Below, in pieces: positions 34,091-42,750 of a DNA stretch of 49,024 nucleotides; the first letter of the stretch is position 1; each line of letters starts with the position of its first letter. The stretch lies in assembly GCA_964459295.1 (NCBI GenBank), contig CAYWLT010000001.1:1-49024 (forward strand), read 5' to 3'. The notes under the pieces were generated by a model. That model was not told where the DNA came from, made no database searches, and was given only the letters and a program-made list of their open reading frames with translations. The position numbers and the translations under genes were made by a program. Source of the DNA: an uncultured Thermodesulfobacteriota bacterium. GTDB lineage: Bacteria > Desulfobacterota > WTBG01.

Positions 34091-34390
34091 TCAATTACCG
34101 CAGATGCGCTTTTCCATGTACTTCCGGTTGAGATGGCAGACAAAGGCTAGTAATTCCGCTACCACCGGGTACACAGCAGGAGGAATCTGTTCATCCAGTT
34201 CTAGCCGGGAAAGAATCTCGATCAGGTCCGGATCATCCTTGAGGGGAATATGGTGCTTCCGGGCAAGGGCAATTATCTTCTCCGCAATAAACCCCTGCCC
34301 CTTTGCCGTAACCAAAGGCGTCTTCCATAGAGAAGGCTCATATTGTAAGGCTACGGCCTTTTTTAGTGATCTTTTCTCTTTTCCGCCCAT
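34091..34390 (-). CDS. FlhB C-terminal-domain-like protein (EscU/YscU/HrcU switch family; YlqH/FlhX type)
   Basis: KKAVALQYEPSLWKTPLVTAKGQGFIAEKIIALARKHHIPLKDDPDLIEIL...IPPAVYPVVAELLAFV. Confidence 0.85.
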   Translation of the reverse strand: MGGKEKRSLKKAVALQYEPSLWKTPLVTAKGQGFIAEKIIALARKHHIPLKDDPDLIEILSRLELDEQIPPAVYPVVAELLAFVCHLNRKYMEKRICGN

Positions 34391-34486
34391 TGCTTACTAC
34401 CCGAAGGAAAATCCGAAACAGTTGAAGAACGCTTTTTTACACTAGAAGGTTGCACGTCATGGGAATGCTAAGACTATTGGGTCTTC

Positions 34487-34810
34487 TCATGCCGTAATAT
34501 CAAGCAGCTTCATGGTTAGCAGAGAAAAGCCCTTAAGCGCACTCGGGTCCTGATCTTCCTTTGGGTCACCTTTTTTTACTTCACCGGAAAGCTGCTCCAC
34601 CCGGTAGCCGAAGGATTCAAGCCGGCGGCATAGTTCGGATGAATATTGTAGCACAAAATCGGCAACCTCTTTATTGCCTACCCGGATTGTACAGTGAATC
34701 TTCTTTTTCATTACGCGGGTATCAATTCTCTGCGGACCCGGGCTTCTCATAGTGAGCAGGAACACGATATAAACAGTATCCCTATGGCTTTTCCCTTTTT
34801 TACCCCCCAT
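34487..34810 (-). CDS. FliK-like C-terminal (Flg_hook-type) fragment
   Basis: YIVFLLTMRSPGPQRIDTRVMKKKIHCTIRVGNKEVADFVLQYSSELCRRLESFGYRVEQLS follows the alternating-strand pattern of hook-length-control C-domains. The upstream open frame at 34750-34962 looks like its continuation in another frame. Confidence 0.5.
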   Translation of the reverse strand: MGGKKGKSHRDTVYIVFLLTMRSPGPQRIDTRVMKKKIHCTIRVGNKEVADFVLQYSSELCRRLESFGYRVEQLSGEVKKGDPKEDQDPSALKGFSLLTMKLLDITA

Positions 34811-34933
34811 CCTTTGCGGACATAAAGCTCTGCGGTTTTAATCCCTTCGGGTAGAATCAGTGGAATTTGAACAATAAGCTGCCGGTCACTTTTTGCGGTC
34901 ACGCAATTGAGCAGTTGGTGAAGCTCAATCTTC

Positions 34934-35566
34934 TTAATCGATGAAGTTATCGCATCCAGTAATTAAGGATAATGCTTTCTGCTCCAACATCCCTTCTGGG
35001 ATAAGGTTCAAAACCACCCGGGGATGGGTCTGCACTACTCTGGCGAGCACCTGCTGCCCCGCTTTCAGGCAGGCAGTACTATCAACCGCAACCTTGAATC
35101 CTCTAAACGTAACCTGAAATATATGATCAGCAATATCCTTCTCCACCTTTCCCTGCAATACCTGTCCTTGGGCAATCTTCGCAACAAGGGAATCCTTCTC
35201 CGAAGGAGAGAGTAACAGTACAAGCGATCGGTTAACCGGCCGGTTTGAGGTCAGCCTTGGCGTGCAGAGAGCTTCTTCGTCCGGTATCGCCTCCCCGACA
35301 AGCTTCATCACTACCTGGGGACGGGTAGCGGCTACCCTCACTTGTACCTGCTGTTCAGGGTGCAGTGGAATCGTACACTTCGCAATCGCAGTGGTTCCGT
35401 TAATGTTGACCAACAAGGTGTTGTCTTCTAAACACCTCATCACCTTCGCCTCCAGCGCCTGGTCTTCGGAAAGTCCGGCAAGGAAGGGGCTTTTCACGGA
35501 GGAGGAAAATAAGAGGGAGCACGGGGGCTTATTAAGAGTGCACTGAACCGGTGTGTCGTCAGTCAT
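34934..35566 (-). CDS. FliK-like N-terminal fragment with two internal ~55-aa repeats
   Basis: Internal repeat ALEAKVMRCLEDNTLLVNINGTTAIAKCTIPLHPEQQVQVRVAATRPQVVMKLV // VLQGKVEKDIADHIFQVTFRGFKVAVDSTACLKAGQQVLARVVQTHPRVVLNLI. No obvious RBS. Position upstream of the flhB-like gene fits fliK. Confidence 0.45.
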   Translation of the reverse strand: MTDDTPVQCTLNKPPCSLLFSSSVKSPFLAGLSEDQALEAKVMRCLEDNTLLVNINGTTAIAKCTIPLHPEQQVQVRVAATRPQVVMKLVGEAIPDEEALCTPRLTSNRPVNRSLVLLLSPSEKDSLVAKIAQGQVLQGKVEKDIADHIFQVTFRGFKVAVDSTACLKAGQQVLARVVQTHPRVVLNLIPEGMLEQKALSLITGCDNFID

Positions 35567-35646
35567 CGGCGATTGTCATAAAAAGCATGTAGCAAGAATT
35601 GACAACCCTGCTTTCTGCTTTCCGTCAAATCCGATCATGATATGGG

Positions 35647-36069
35647 TTATTGTCTTTTAAGATTGATTGCCAGCTCGACTTCGCCTTGCGGCAACCCCAG
35701 CTTTCGGGAAATCTCTTTTGCCGATAATCCCTTTGCAATCAGGTGCGCCACCTTTCCATAATCACTTGCGCTTGAGTCCATTGCTTCACATTCTGCTTTG
35801 CCGCGATCAAGGCGGGTCTTGAGGACGACGCTTTTTCCACTTATTTTCCCACAGAGCTCCAGTGCCTTTTTTCTTTGTTTGTCTAGCTCTTCCGATTTTT
35901 TTATCAGTTGGTGCAGCGAATCAACCACGATCTTCATCTTTTCCTTTTCGAGCTTTGTCGCTCGGCGCAGGTTTTTAGCCTCGCAGATATAGTACACAAA
36001 GAGAACGCACAGGCCGGTTTCGACAAGCAACTGTAAAATCAGCCACAATTCAATAGTAAAGCCGGTCAT
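35647..36069 (-). CDS. Membrane-anchored protein with a C-terminal HTH-like tail (DUF2802-like)
   Basis: One N-terminal TM segment (IELWLILQLLVETGLCVLFVYYI), a coiled coil, then YGKVAHLIAKGLSAKEISRKLGLPQGEVELAINL. GGAGGGGAAGG RBS. Confidence 0.55.
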   Translation of the reverse strand: MTGFTIELWLILQLLVETGLCVLFVYYICEAKNLRRATKLEKEKMKIVVDSLHQLIKKSEELDKQRKKALELCGKISGKSVVLKTRLDRGKAECEAMDSSASDYGKVAHLIAKGLSAKEISRKLGLPQGEVELAINLKRQ

Positions 36070-36093
36070 GCCTTCCCCTCCGTTCGAAGTAGT

Positions 36094-36414
36094 TCATACC
36101 GTAAGATCCAGAATTGTACCCTTATCTGCTTCTTCGAATGCAGCCTTTTTTTGCGTATGGTCCTCTTCTTTTCCGCAAACCGCATCGGGCTCATAACTCT
36201 TCTTTTGTTGACCTCCTCTTTCTTCATCTCTGATTGCCGCTTCCTTGCTCTTTTTTGCATCCTGTACTTCTTTTTTCTTCTGCTCTGTCTCCTCCTGCAG
36301 TTGTTGGGCAAAATGCTTCTTCACCACATCAGCCTGCTGTTGCTGCACCTGTTGAATTTTTTCCAAGGTTGTTGATTGCAGCAAAATTTGCTGCATGTCC
36401 ACCGATCTTAACAT
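36094..36414 (-). CDS. Lys/Glu/Gln-rich hypothetical protein (106 aa)
   Basis: GGAGGA RBS 6 nt before the ATG. Low-complexity charged sequence. No family recognised. Confidence 0.45.
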   Translation of the reverse strand: MLRSVDMQQILLQSTTLEKIQQVQQQQADVVKKHFAQQLQEETEQKKKEVQDAKKSKEAAIRDEERGGQQKKSYEPDAVCGKEEDHTQKKAAFEEADKGTILDLTV

Positions 36415-36449
36415 CGACGTCCTCCAATGTATTTGTCGGCGAACTACTC

Positions 36450-36519
36450 TAGCAGGCAGTTGAAAAACGCCAATCTGATTTGTCTCTCAAAGGGGGAGGG
36501 GCTTTTCAGCCGCCTGCTA
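36450..36519 (+). repeat. Dispersed intergenic repeat, copy 8 (opposite orientation; self-complementary ends)
   Basis: TAGCAGGCAGTTGAAAAACGCCAATCTGATTTGTCTCTCAAAGGGGGAGGGGCTTTTCAGCCGCCTGCTA. The ends TAGCAGGCAGTTGAAAA / TTTTCAGCCGCCTGCTA can pair. Confidence 0.8.
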
Positions 36520-36622
36520 AGTAATTTTCCTGTCGGGAGCATCCCGAAGGGCCCTCTTCCTTTATCGTCCGGCCAGCTTCAAATCTTAACCCGAGGAATG
36601 CGTTGCAGCTTGATGCGCCAGT

Positions 36623-36853
36623 TTAGTCTTTAGCCGCCCTGAAAAATCTGCTGTTCGTTCCCTTCTTATCAATCTTAATCTCCACGCGCTGTGCGCATCT
36701 GGGGCACCAGCCCGTATAGGCCGTCATTTGCTTATTGGTATACACGCGGGCATAGACGTTACAGCACTCAAATAATATCCCAATGAATCTTCGTCGGGGC
36801 AAAGAGCTTGCCGCTTTTATGTTCGGCTGCATTCTATCCTGCGTATCTTTCAT
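36623..36853 (-). CDS. Small Cys-rich protein (76 aa; CC...CPxC)
   Basis: MKDTQDRMQPNIKAASSLPRRRFIGILFECCNVYARVYTNKQMTAYTGWCPRCAQRVEIKIDKKGTNSRFFRAAKD. Four Cys, arranged like a zinc knuckle or ribbon. The start was chosen at an internal ATG, because the ORF-track N-terminal extension looks non-coding. Confidence 0.45.
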   Translation of the reverse strand: MKDTQDRMQPNIKAASSLPRRRFIGILFECCNVYARVYTNKQMTAYTGWCPRCAQRVEIKIDKKGTNSRFFRAAKD

Positions 36854-36983
36854 ACATGCCCGAAGCCGGATTAGATTTATAAATAATCGGATGTTTTTAA
36901 GGGCGGGTGTCGCCTTTGGGGGATTCCAAACCAGGGCAGTGTGTCTCCAGCCCTTTTCCCCCTGCACCGGTCGTTATACGGTA

Positions 36984-37595
36984 TCATACCACCTGCAAGT
37001 CATTAAAAATTACTCCTTTTACAATATTTCCCTCTATCAGGAGATTGATGGCGGAGATAATTTGTTCTGACAACAGATCTTCCACCTGCTTAATTTCCAT
37101 ATCCCGGGGAGGAATACTGACCAACGTTTTCAGGATGCTGGTTCTAACCTCCTCAGCATGTGTCGCAATCTGTTTAGGGGCATTCTTGCCGGACAGTTCC
37201 AAGGCGATAGTCACTCTAAGAAATTTTTTCGACTCAGGTTTTGACAGGGGCACAAAAAACGGTTTCAGTCCGTACAAATACTCCTGAGTAGCGGCGGAAT
37301 CCGTCCTGGGGGAGGAACAATACTGTGTCCGCATAAGCAGACCGCCGCTTACCACGATTGCCAAGCACAGCAAAAGGAGAAATGCCGTTATATACTTCCA
37401 TTTGCGGGAGCGACCGGCATTTCCCCGAATCGCATCTTCCTTCGGCTCTTCCTGAAGCGGTCCATCTACACCCAATTCCGTGCGAGATGTTTCCTTATGC
37501 GCTGCGGATTTTATTGCGTCCTGCTCTGCTCGCTTTTGCGCCCCATCCACCTCGATGAGATTCTCTTTGAAGTTTTCTTCTGGTCTCTCGGCCAT
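36984..37595 (-). CDS. FliL-family basal-body-associated protein, second paralog with an extended N-terminus
   Basis: One TM segment (ITAFLLLLCLAIVVSGGLL), then FFVPLSKPESKKFLRVTIALELSGKN...VRTSILKTLVSIPPRDM, a FliL-domain pattern. Confidence 0.7.
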   Translation of the reverse strand: MAERPEENFKENLIEVDGAQKRAEQDAIKSAAHKETSRTELGVDGPLQEEPKEDAIRGNAGRSRKWKYITAFLLLLCLAIVVSGGLLMRTQYCSSPRTDSAATQEYLYGLKPFFVPLSKPESKKFLRVTIALELSGKNAPKQIATHAEEVRTSILKTLVSIPPRDMEIKQVEDLLSEQIISAINLLIEGNIVKGVIFNDLQVV

Positions 37596-37690
37596 GAATA
37601 CACCCCCTGAAAGCGCTAAACATCAAAATTTCTTTTTTGGCGATTTGAATTCGCACAATATAGATGGTAGTGTGCCGCTTCGATAGGGTC

Positions 37691-38452
37691 TTATCTATGT
37701 ATAAGACTTTGTATCCTGACCTTTAATCGTAGTATGGCTTTGGTGTGTATTTGTGAAACTCTTGACTCCGTAAGATCGAGCACCTTGCCAATCTCTTTCA
37801 TGGTAAGCTGCTCGTAGTAATAGAGAGAAATGACCTGTTTTTCCTTTTGGGGCAAGTCCCCAATAGCTTTGGCAACGGCATCTTTAACCTCACCCAATCC
37901 AAGCATGCCAAAGGCATCGTCAGATTTCGGATCTGCCAGGCAACTTAAAATATTTCTTTTTTTATCATCATAATCCACCATCATATCCAGGCTGATCAGG
38001 GAAATGCCGGCAGTCTGCCTAATTAGTTCATGAAACCCCTCCATGGACAGACCTAATAACTCAGCTATTTCTTCATCTTCGGCGGGCCTTCTTAAGCGCT
38101 GTTCCAATTCGTGATAGGCATTAACCATCTGGTTGATCATTTTACGGATAGACCGGGGGATCCAGTCCATCGCTCGGAGTTCATCTAGGATGGCGCCTCG
38201 GATACGGATCTCGGCATACGTCTTAAACTTGACCCCTTTGGAGGGATCAAATTTCTCCACCGCATCAATCAGACCAAGAATGCCCGCATCGACCAGGTCC
38301 GCCACCTCAATGTGTGGAGGCAGCCTCATGGCAACACGGTTGGCAATATACTTGACCAGAGGAGCATATTCCATGATCAGCCGCTCCCTTCTGGTAAAAT
38401 CCTCTTTACCGTGCTGGATGTTCTCTGCGATCTGATTGCATGATTTTTTCAT
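37691..38452 (-). CDS. fliA: Flagellar sigma factor FliA (sigma28)
   Basis: LVKYIANRVAMRLPPHIEVADLVDAGILGLIDAVEKFDPSKGVKFKTYAEIRIRGAILDELR (region 2) and LTMKEIGKVLDLTESRVSQIHTKAILRL (region 4.2). Confidence 0.9.
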   Translation of the reverse strand: MKKSCNQIAENIQHGKEDFTRRERLIMEYAPLVKYIANRVAMRLPPHIEVADLVDAGILGLIDAVEKFDPSKGVKFKTYAEIRIRGAILDELRAMDWIPRSIRKMINQMVNAYHELEQRLRRPAEDEEIAELLGLSMEGFHELIRQTAGISLISLDMMVDYDDKKRNILSCLADPKSDDAFGMLGLGEVKDAVAKAIGDLPQKEKQVISLYYYEQLTMKEIGKVLDLTESRVSQIHTKAILRLKVRIQSLIHR

Positions 38453-38470
38453 CTATTTCCCCCCTTCTGG

Positions 38471-39409
38471 TTACATTCTGGAAAGCGATAACGGAAATGA
38501 TTCAGAGGGTTCGAGAAAATGATTCCAGAAAAAACGGATGTTACCCCGGGAACGGTTATTGGGGCGGTTTTCACAGACTTTTCTTGCCAGGGCGGAAAAG
38601 CACTGGCTGGCAGGTGAGAGGGGATAAAGTTCAACCAGCGCTTTCTGCTGCCTCACCGCTTTAGCAACATACTCGTCCTGCTCAATGTATCCCCAGTAAT
38701 CAATAGACAGATTAAGAAATTTTTGCCCGACCAGGCTCAAATTATTAAATACCTCTTCCGCCTCAGTGGCGCTTCGCGCAGAGTTAACCAAGAGTCTAAA
38801 ATGGTTTTCTGAATATTTCAGACAGAGAACTTTCATCATGGCGTATGCATCAGTGATGGAGGTGGGTTCCGGGGAGACCACCACCAGGATCTCCTGAGCG
38901 GCAAGGTTAAAGTAGATTACATTTGAAGAAATACCTGCGCTGGTATCTATCAGCAGCACATCGATCTGGTCGTAAAGGGAATTAAGCTCCGATAACAGAC
39001 ATAGTTTTTGCGCACTGCTCAAATCGGACAATTCCTGAATGCCTGAGCTCGCGGGCAGAATCTTCATGCCCCCCGGCCCGGGGAGCATGATCTCCGAAAC
39101 AGACTTTTCACCTGTCAGCACATGCTGTAAGGTATATTTAGGAGTAAGACCTAAGAGAACATCGATATTGGCAAGCCCTACGTCTGCGTCCAGTATCATT
39201 ACCCTCTTGTTCGATTTGCTCAGGGCATAACCCAGATTGGCCACTACATTGGTTTTGCCGACGCCACCCTTACCGCTGGTAACCGCAATAACCTGAACCG
39301 GTGAATCTTTGCCCCTCTCACACATCTTTTGGTTACTTCCCCTGTTATTGCTTCCGCTCTTTTTATCCTTGGTTTCCATTATATTGCGTAAGGTTTCGAC
39401 CTGGTCCAT
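38471..39409 (-). CDS. flhG: Flagellar number/placement regulator FlhG (MinD-like ATPase)
   Basis: N-terminal MDQVETLRNI (a DQAxxLR-like FlhF-activating motif), Walker A TSGKGGVGKT, and a MinD-like body. Confidence 0.9.
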   Translation of the reverse strand: MDQVETLRNIMETKDKKSGSNNRGSNQKMCERGKDSPVQVIAVTSGKGGVGKTNVVANLGYALSKSNKRVMILDADVGLANIDVLLGLTPKYTLQHVLTGEKSVSEIMLPGPGGMKILPASSGIQELSDLSSAQKLCLLSELNSLYDQIDVLLIDTSAGISSNVIYFNLAAQEILVVVSPEPTSITDAYAMMKVLCLKYSENHFRLLVNSARSATEAEEVFNNLSLVGQKFLNLSIDYWGYIEQDEYVAKAVRQQKALVELYPLSPASQCFSALARKVCENRPNNRSRGNIRFFWNHFLEPSESFPLSLSRM

Positions 39410-39430
39410 TACAAGCCCTCTCTGATGAGA

Positions 39431-40660
39431 TTAACAATCGTAGACGTTGCGTTCCCCCAGTACCGCTGGAATTATGTGTTCTCTGGTTGCAACCTCAATA
39501 TCTTCCGGCACATTCTGTCCGGTAGTGACATAGGATAGGGGTTTTCTCAGCTTATAAAGCTGATTGACAATACTTCCTAAGGTGTGTGCCTCATCAAGTT
39601 TTGTGAAAATAATATTATCCACCGGAAGCACCTTAAACTGATCGCCGGTGGCTGAGAGGGCGTCATCCTTATGAGTAATGCTCATGACCAGATGCACCTC
39701 GACAGGGAAGGATTGCTTGAGAAAACTCCGAAGTTCTTCCAGTTGGGTGAGATTCCGCGGGCTCCTTCCCGCCGTATCCACCAGGATCAAGTCCCGGTCG
39801 CAAAAGTCTGAGAAGGTGTGACTGAATTCCCGGGGGGACGATACGCGTTTAAAAGGAAGATCCATTATGCGGGCGTATGCCCGGAGCTGCTCCGCCGCGG
39901 CAATGCGGTAGGTGTCGATCGTAACCAGCGCAATCTTGTTTTTGTTGTTCAATGCGTAAATGGCCGCCAATTTAGCTATGGTAGTGGTTTTCCCCACCCC
40001 GGTGGATCCCACCAGGGCAACCACCTTGGTTTTTCCGGGAACTAACTGCAGCGGCCCGGCGAAAAGCATCTCTTTTTCCATCTCTGAGATCAAACAGTCC
40101 TTGACCATCACCTTATTGCCCTGAACATCGGGAGAAAGATTATGATGCAGCCTTTCGATCAACATTAATGCCATCTCTTCACAAATGCCCTGTTGCAGCA
40201 TTTGATAGTAAAAATAGAGCAAAAGTTTCGGGAACCGGCTGTGCCGGACCGGAGTTGCTTGTTTTAAAAAAAATCGGGCCATCCATTTAAGGTCTTTCAA
40301 TTCCTTCGCTAGAGAATTCCCTTTGTACTCCTCAAGTGGACGCAAAGAACGTTGCAGGGTCTCCTTCAATTCATCCAGTTCGCGTTTCAGGAAAGACAAT
40401 GATTCTTTTTCAGCCGGCATCGCCTTCCATGACGCAATTTTGTCCTTAACCATCTGGGAAAACGGCGATGAATCAGCAGCCGGTGCATAGTCATAATCAA
40501 GAGCGGCGACTACCTCTACTCCCTTCTTTCCGGCACCTGCTTGGTCGGGCAATCCTTCAACAACTTTTGTCGACAAAATGATTGCTTGGGAGCCCAGATC
40601 CCGCTTCACCAATTTGACCGCATCTTGTACCGTGGCTGCCTGATATGTTCTAAGCTGCAT
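39431..40660 (-). CDS. flhF: Flagellar SRP-type GTPase FlhF
   Basis: MQLRTYQAATVQDAVKLVKRDLGSQAIILSTK, G1 LVGSTGVGKTTTIAKLA, G3 LVDTAGRS. Confidence 0.9.
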   Translation of the reverse strand: MQLRTYQAATVQDAVKLVKRDLGSQAIILSTKVVEGLPDQAGAGKKGVEVVAALDYDYAPAADSSPFSQMVKDKIASWKAMPAEKESLSFLKRELDELKETLQRSLRPLEEYKGNSLAKELKDLKWMARFFLKQATPVRHSRFPKLLLYFYYQMLQQGICEEMALMLIERLHHNLSPDVQGNKVMVKDCLISEMEKEMLFAGPLQLVPGKTKVVALVGSTGVGKTTTIAKLAAIYALNNKNKIALVTIDTYRIAAAEQLRAYARIMDLPFKRVSSPREFSHTFSDFCDRDLILVDTAGRSPRNLTQLEELRSFLKQSFPVEVHLVMSITHKDDALSATGDQFKVLPVDNIIFTKLDEAHTLGSIVNQLYKLRKPLSYVTTGQNVPEDIEVATREHIIPAVLGERNVYDC

Positions 40661-42749
40661 GACTCAGCCCGACCACTCCCAGTGATTTGAGTTTAACCCG
40701 TTTATCGATTTCGTTGTGAGAGAGCACCACCAGCGTGGGAAGGAACCTCTCGGTCAGTCTCTTCAGATGAGATCGAATGCCGGGGGAACAAAGAATTACC
40801 GGCTGGTAATTCATGTTGGAAAATTTCTCAAGTGCTTTATTGAGCTGAGTGAGAATCCTCTGGGCTACGCTTGGCTCCAAAGAAAGATAGGATTCATGTT
40901 CGGTATGCTGCACAGCATTGGTAATAAGCTCCTCAATCTCGTTATCCACGGTCATCAGGGCAATGTCGCCGGTCGGCGTCGCGTACTTTTTGGTAATGCT
41001 TCGCGCCAGCTTCTGCCTCACATATTCCGTTAGAATATCCAGGTTTTTAGTCACCGGCGCATAATCTGCGAGGGTTTCTGCAATAGTAAGCAAATCACGG
41101 ATAGATACCTGCTCTTTTAGTAGATTCTGAAGAACCCGCTGCACTCCGCCCAGTGAAAGGAGGTTCGGAAGCAGCTCCTCTACCACCTTGGGATGATTGA
41201 CCGCAAGGGTATCCAGCAATGATTGCACTTCCTGTCGGCCTAATAATTCGTATGCGTGGGTTTTTAAAACCTCGGAGATATGTGTGGCAATCATGGTAGA
41301 CAGGTCTACCACGGTATACCCTGCAAGCTGCGCTTTTTCTTTGCTCTTTTCATCAATCCAAAGCGCGGGGATGCCAAAAGCGGGCTCCCGTGTGGGAATG
41401 CCTTCAATCTCGGCTTTGATATCACCGGGGTTCATTGCAAGAAAGTGGCCGGGCATAAGCTCCGCTCCTGCAACCTCCACTCCTTTGATGATGATCGAAT
41501 ACTGATTAGGCTTGAGCTGCAGATTATCCCGTATATGCATGGGAGGGACAATCACCCCCATTTCCACCGCAAACTGGCGCCGGATAGATTTAATCCGATC
41601 CAGGAGCTCTCCGCCCTGCTCGGCATTCACGAGGGGAATCAACCCGTATCCCACTTCGAGCTCCAGAAGGTCCAAAGGCAGGAGCGCTTCCACCTTCTCA
41701 TATCCCTTTTCTTTTTCAGTGTTTTTTCTTTCCTCTTCTTTTTGTACGATAACCGCTTTTTTGCTCTGCGCGATCAGATAAGCCAGTACAGCCGCTATAC
41801 CGCCGAGCGTAATAAAGGGGAGGGTGGGTAATCCCGGTACAAATCCGAAGAAGATGAGAACTACCGACGCAATGGCAACCGCCCGGGGGTGTCCCGTGAG
41901 CTGACTCACCATATTTTCTCCCAGGTGAGATTCCGAGGCAGCCTGGGTAACCAATATGCCGGCGGCAGTGGAAACGATCAGTGCCGGGATTTGGCTGACC
42001 AGCCCGTCTCCTATGGTTAATAAAGTATAGTCCCGGGCTGCGGCTGAGATCGACATGTCCTTTTGCAGAACCCCGATGATCAGTCCGCCTACAATATTGA
42101 TCAAGGTAATCACAATGCCAGCAATCGCGTCTCCCCTGACAAACTTACTGGCGCCGTCCATCGCCCCGTAAAAATCGGCTTCGCGCGCAATGTTGGCTCG
42201 TCTTTCCCTGGCCTCGGAATCGCTGATCAGCCCGGCATTAAGATCGGCATCGATGCTCATCTGCTTTCCCGGCATGGCATCCAGAGTGAACCTGGCGGCT
42301 ACTTCGGCAATCCGGGTAGCGCCCTTGGTGATTACCACGAAATTTATCACCACCAGGATCAGAAACACTACCAGACCCACCACATAGTTGCCTCCGACGA
42401 CAAAACTTCCGAAGGCCTTAATAACCTGGCCGGCCGCCGCCGTCCCCTGGTCTCCGTAAAGGAGTATGAGCCTGGTTGATGCAACATTGAGGGATAATCG
42501 AAGCAAGGTGGCAATCAGCAGGAGAGAAGGGAATACCGAAAATTCCAACGGCTTTAAGGTATACATGGCAACCAACAGCACTACCACCGAGAAGGTTATG
42601 TTGAACGACAAGAAGACATCCAACAAAATGGTGGGAATGGGAATGACCATGATCACCAGCATTCCCACCACCCCCACCGCCATCATCACGTCACTGTTAC
42701 GCGTAAGAAACGGTATGCCGGAAAGAGTGTGCTGGTAGTGCTTAGCCAT
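40650..42749 (-). CDS. flhA: Flagellar export gate protein FlhA
   Basis: 699 aa with the hallmark motifs FPSLLLIATLLRLSLNVASTRLIL, RIAEVAARFTLDAMPGKQMSIDADL and GAMDGASKFVRGDAIAG. Confidence 0.95.
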   Translation of the reverse strand: MAKHYQHTLSGIPFLTRNSDVMMAVGVVGMLVIMVIPIPTILLDVFLSFNITFSVVVLLVAMYTLKPLEFSVFPSLLLIATLLRLSLNVASTRLILLYGDQGTAAAGQVIKAFGSFVVGGNYVVGLVVFLILVVINFVVITKGATRIAEVAARFTLDAMPGKQMSIDADLNAGLISDSEARERRANIAREADFYGAMDGASKFVRGDAIAGIVITLINIVGGLIIGVLQKDMSISAAARDYTLLTIGDGLVSQIPALIVSTAAGILVTQAASESHLGENMVSQLTGHPRAVAIASVVLIFFGFVPGLPTLPFITLGGIAAVLAYLIAQSKKAVIVQKEEERKNTEKEKGYEKVEALLPLDLLELEVGYGLIPLVNAEQGGELLDRIKSIRRQFAVEMGVIVPPMHIRDNLQLKPNQYSIIIKGVEVAGAELMPGHFLAMNPGDIKAEIEGIPTREPAFGIPALWIDEKSKEKAQLAGYTVVDLSTMIATHISEVLKTHAYELLGRQEVQSLLDTLAVNHPKVVEELLPNLLSLGGVQRVLQNLLKEQVSIRDLLTIAETLADYAPVTKNLDILTEYVRQKLARSITKKYATPTGDIALMTVDNEIEELITNAVQHTEHESYLSLEPSVAQRILTQLNKALEKFSNMNYQPVILCSPGIRSHLKRLTERFLPTLVVLSHNEIDKRVKLKSLGVVGLSHAA

Positions 42750-42750
42750 G

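Noticed and set aside
36066-36311. 81-aa minus-strand ORF (Arg/Lys-rich) overlapping the 106-aa ORF.
   Set aside because: It is an alternative frame of the same low-complexity A/G-rich DNA. The 36094-36414 frame has a proper GGAGGA RBS and fits the spacing to the next gene.
18967-36519. The idea that the GTTGAAA-containing repeats are CRISPR repeats.
   Set aside because: The copies are scattered kilobases apart in both orientations, with no regularly spaced array, no unique spacers between adjacent units and no cas genes in the window.
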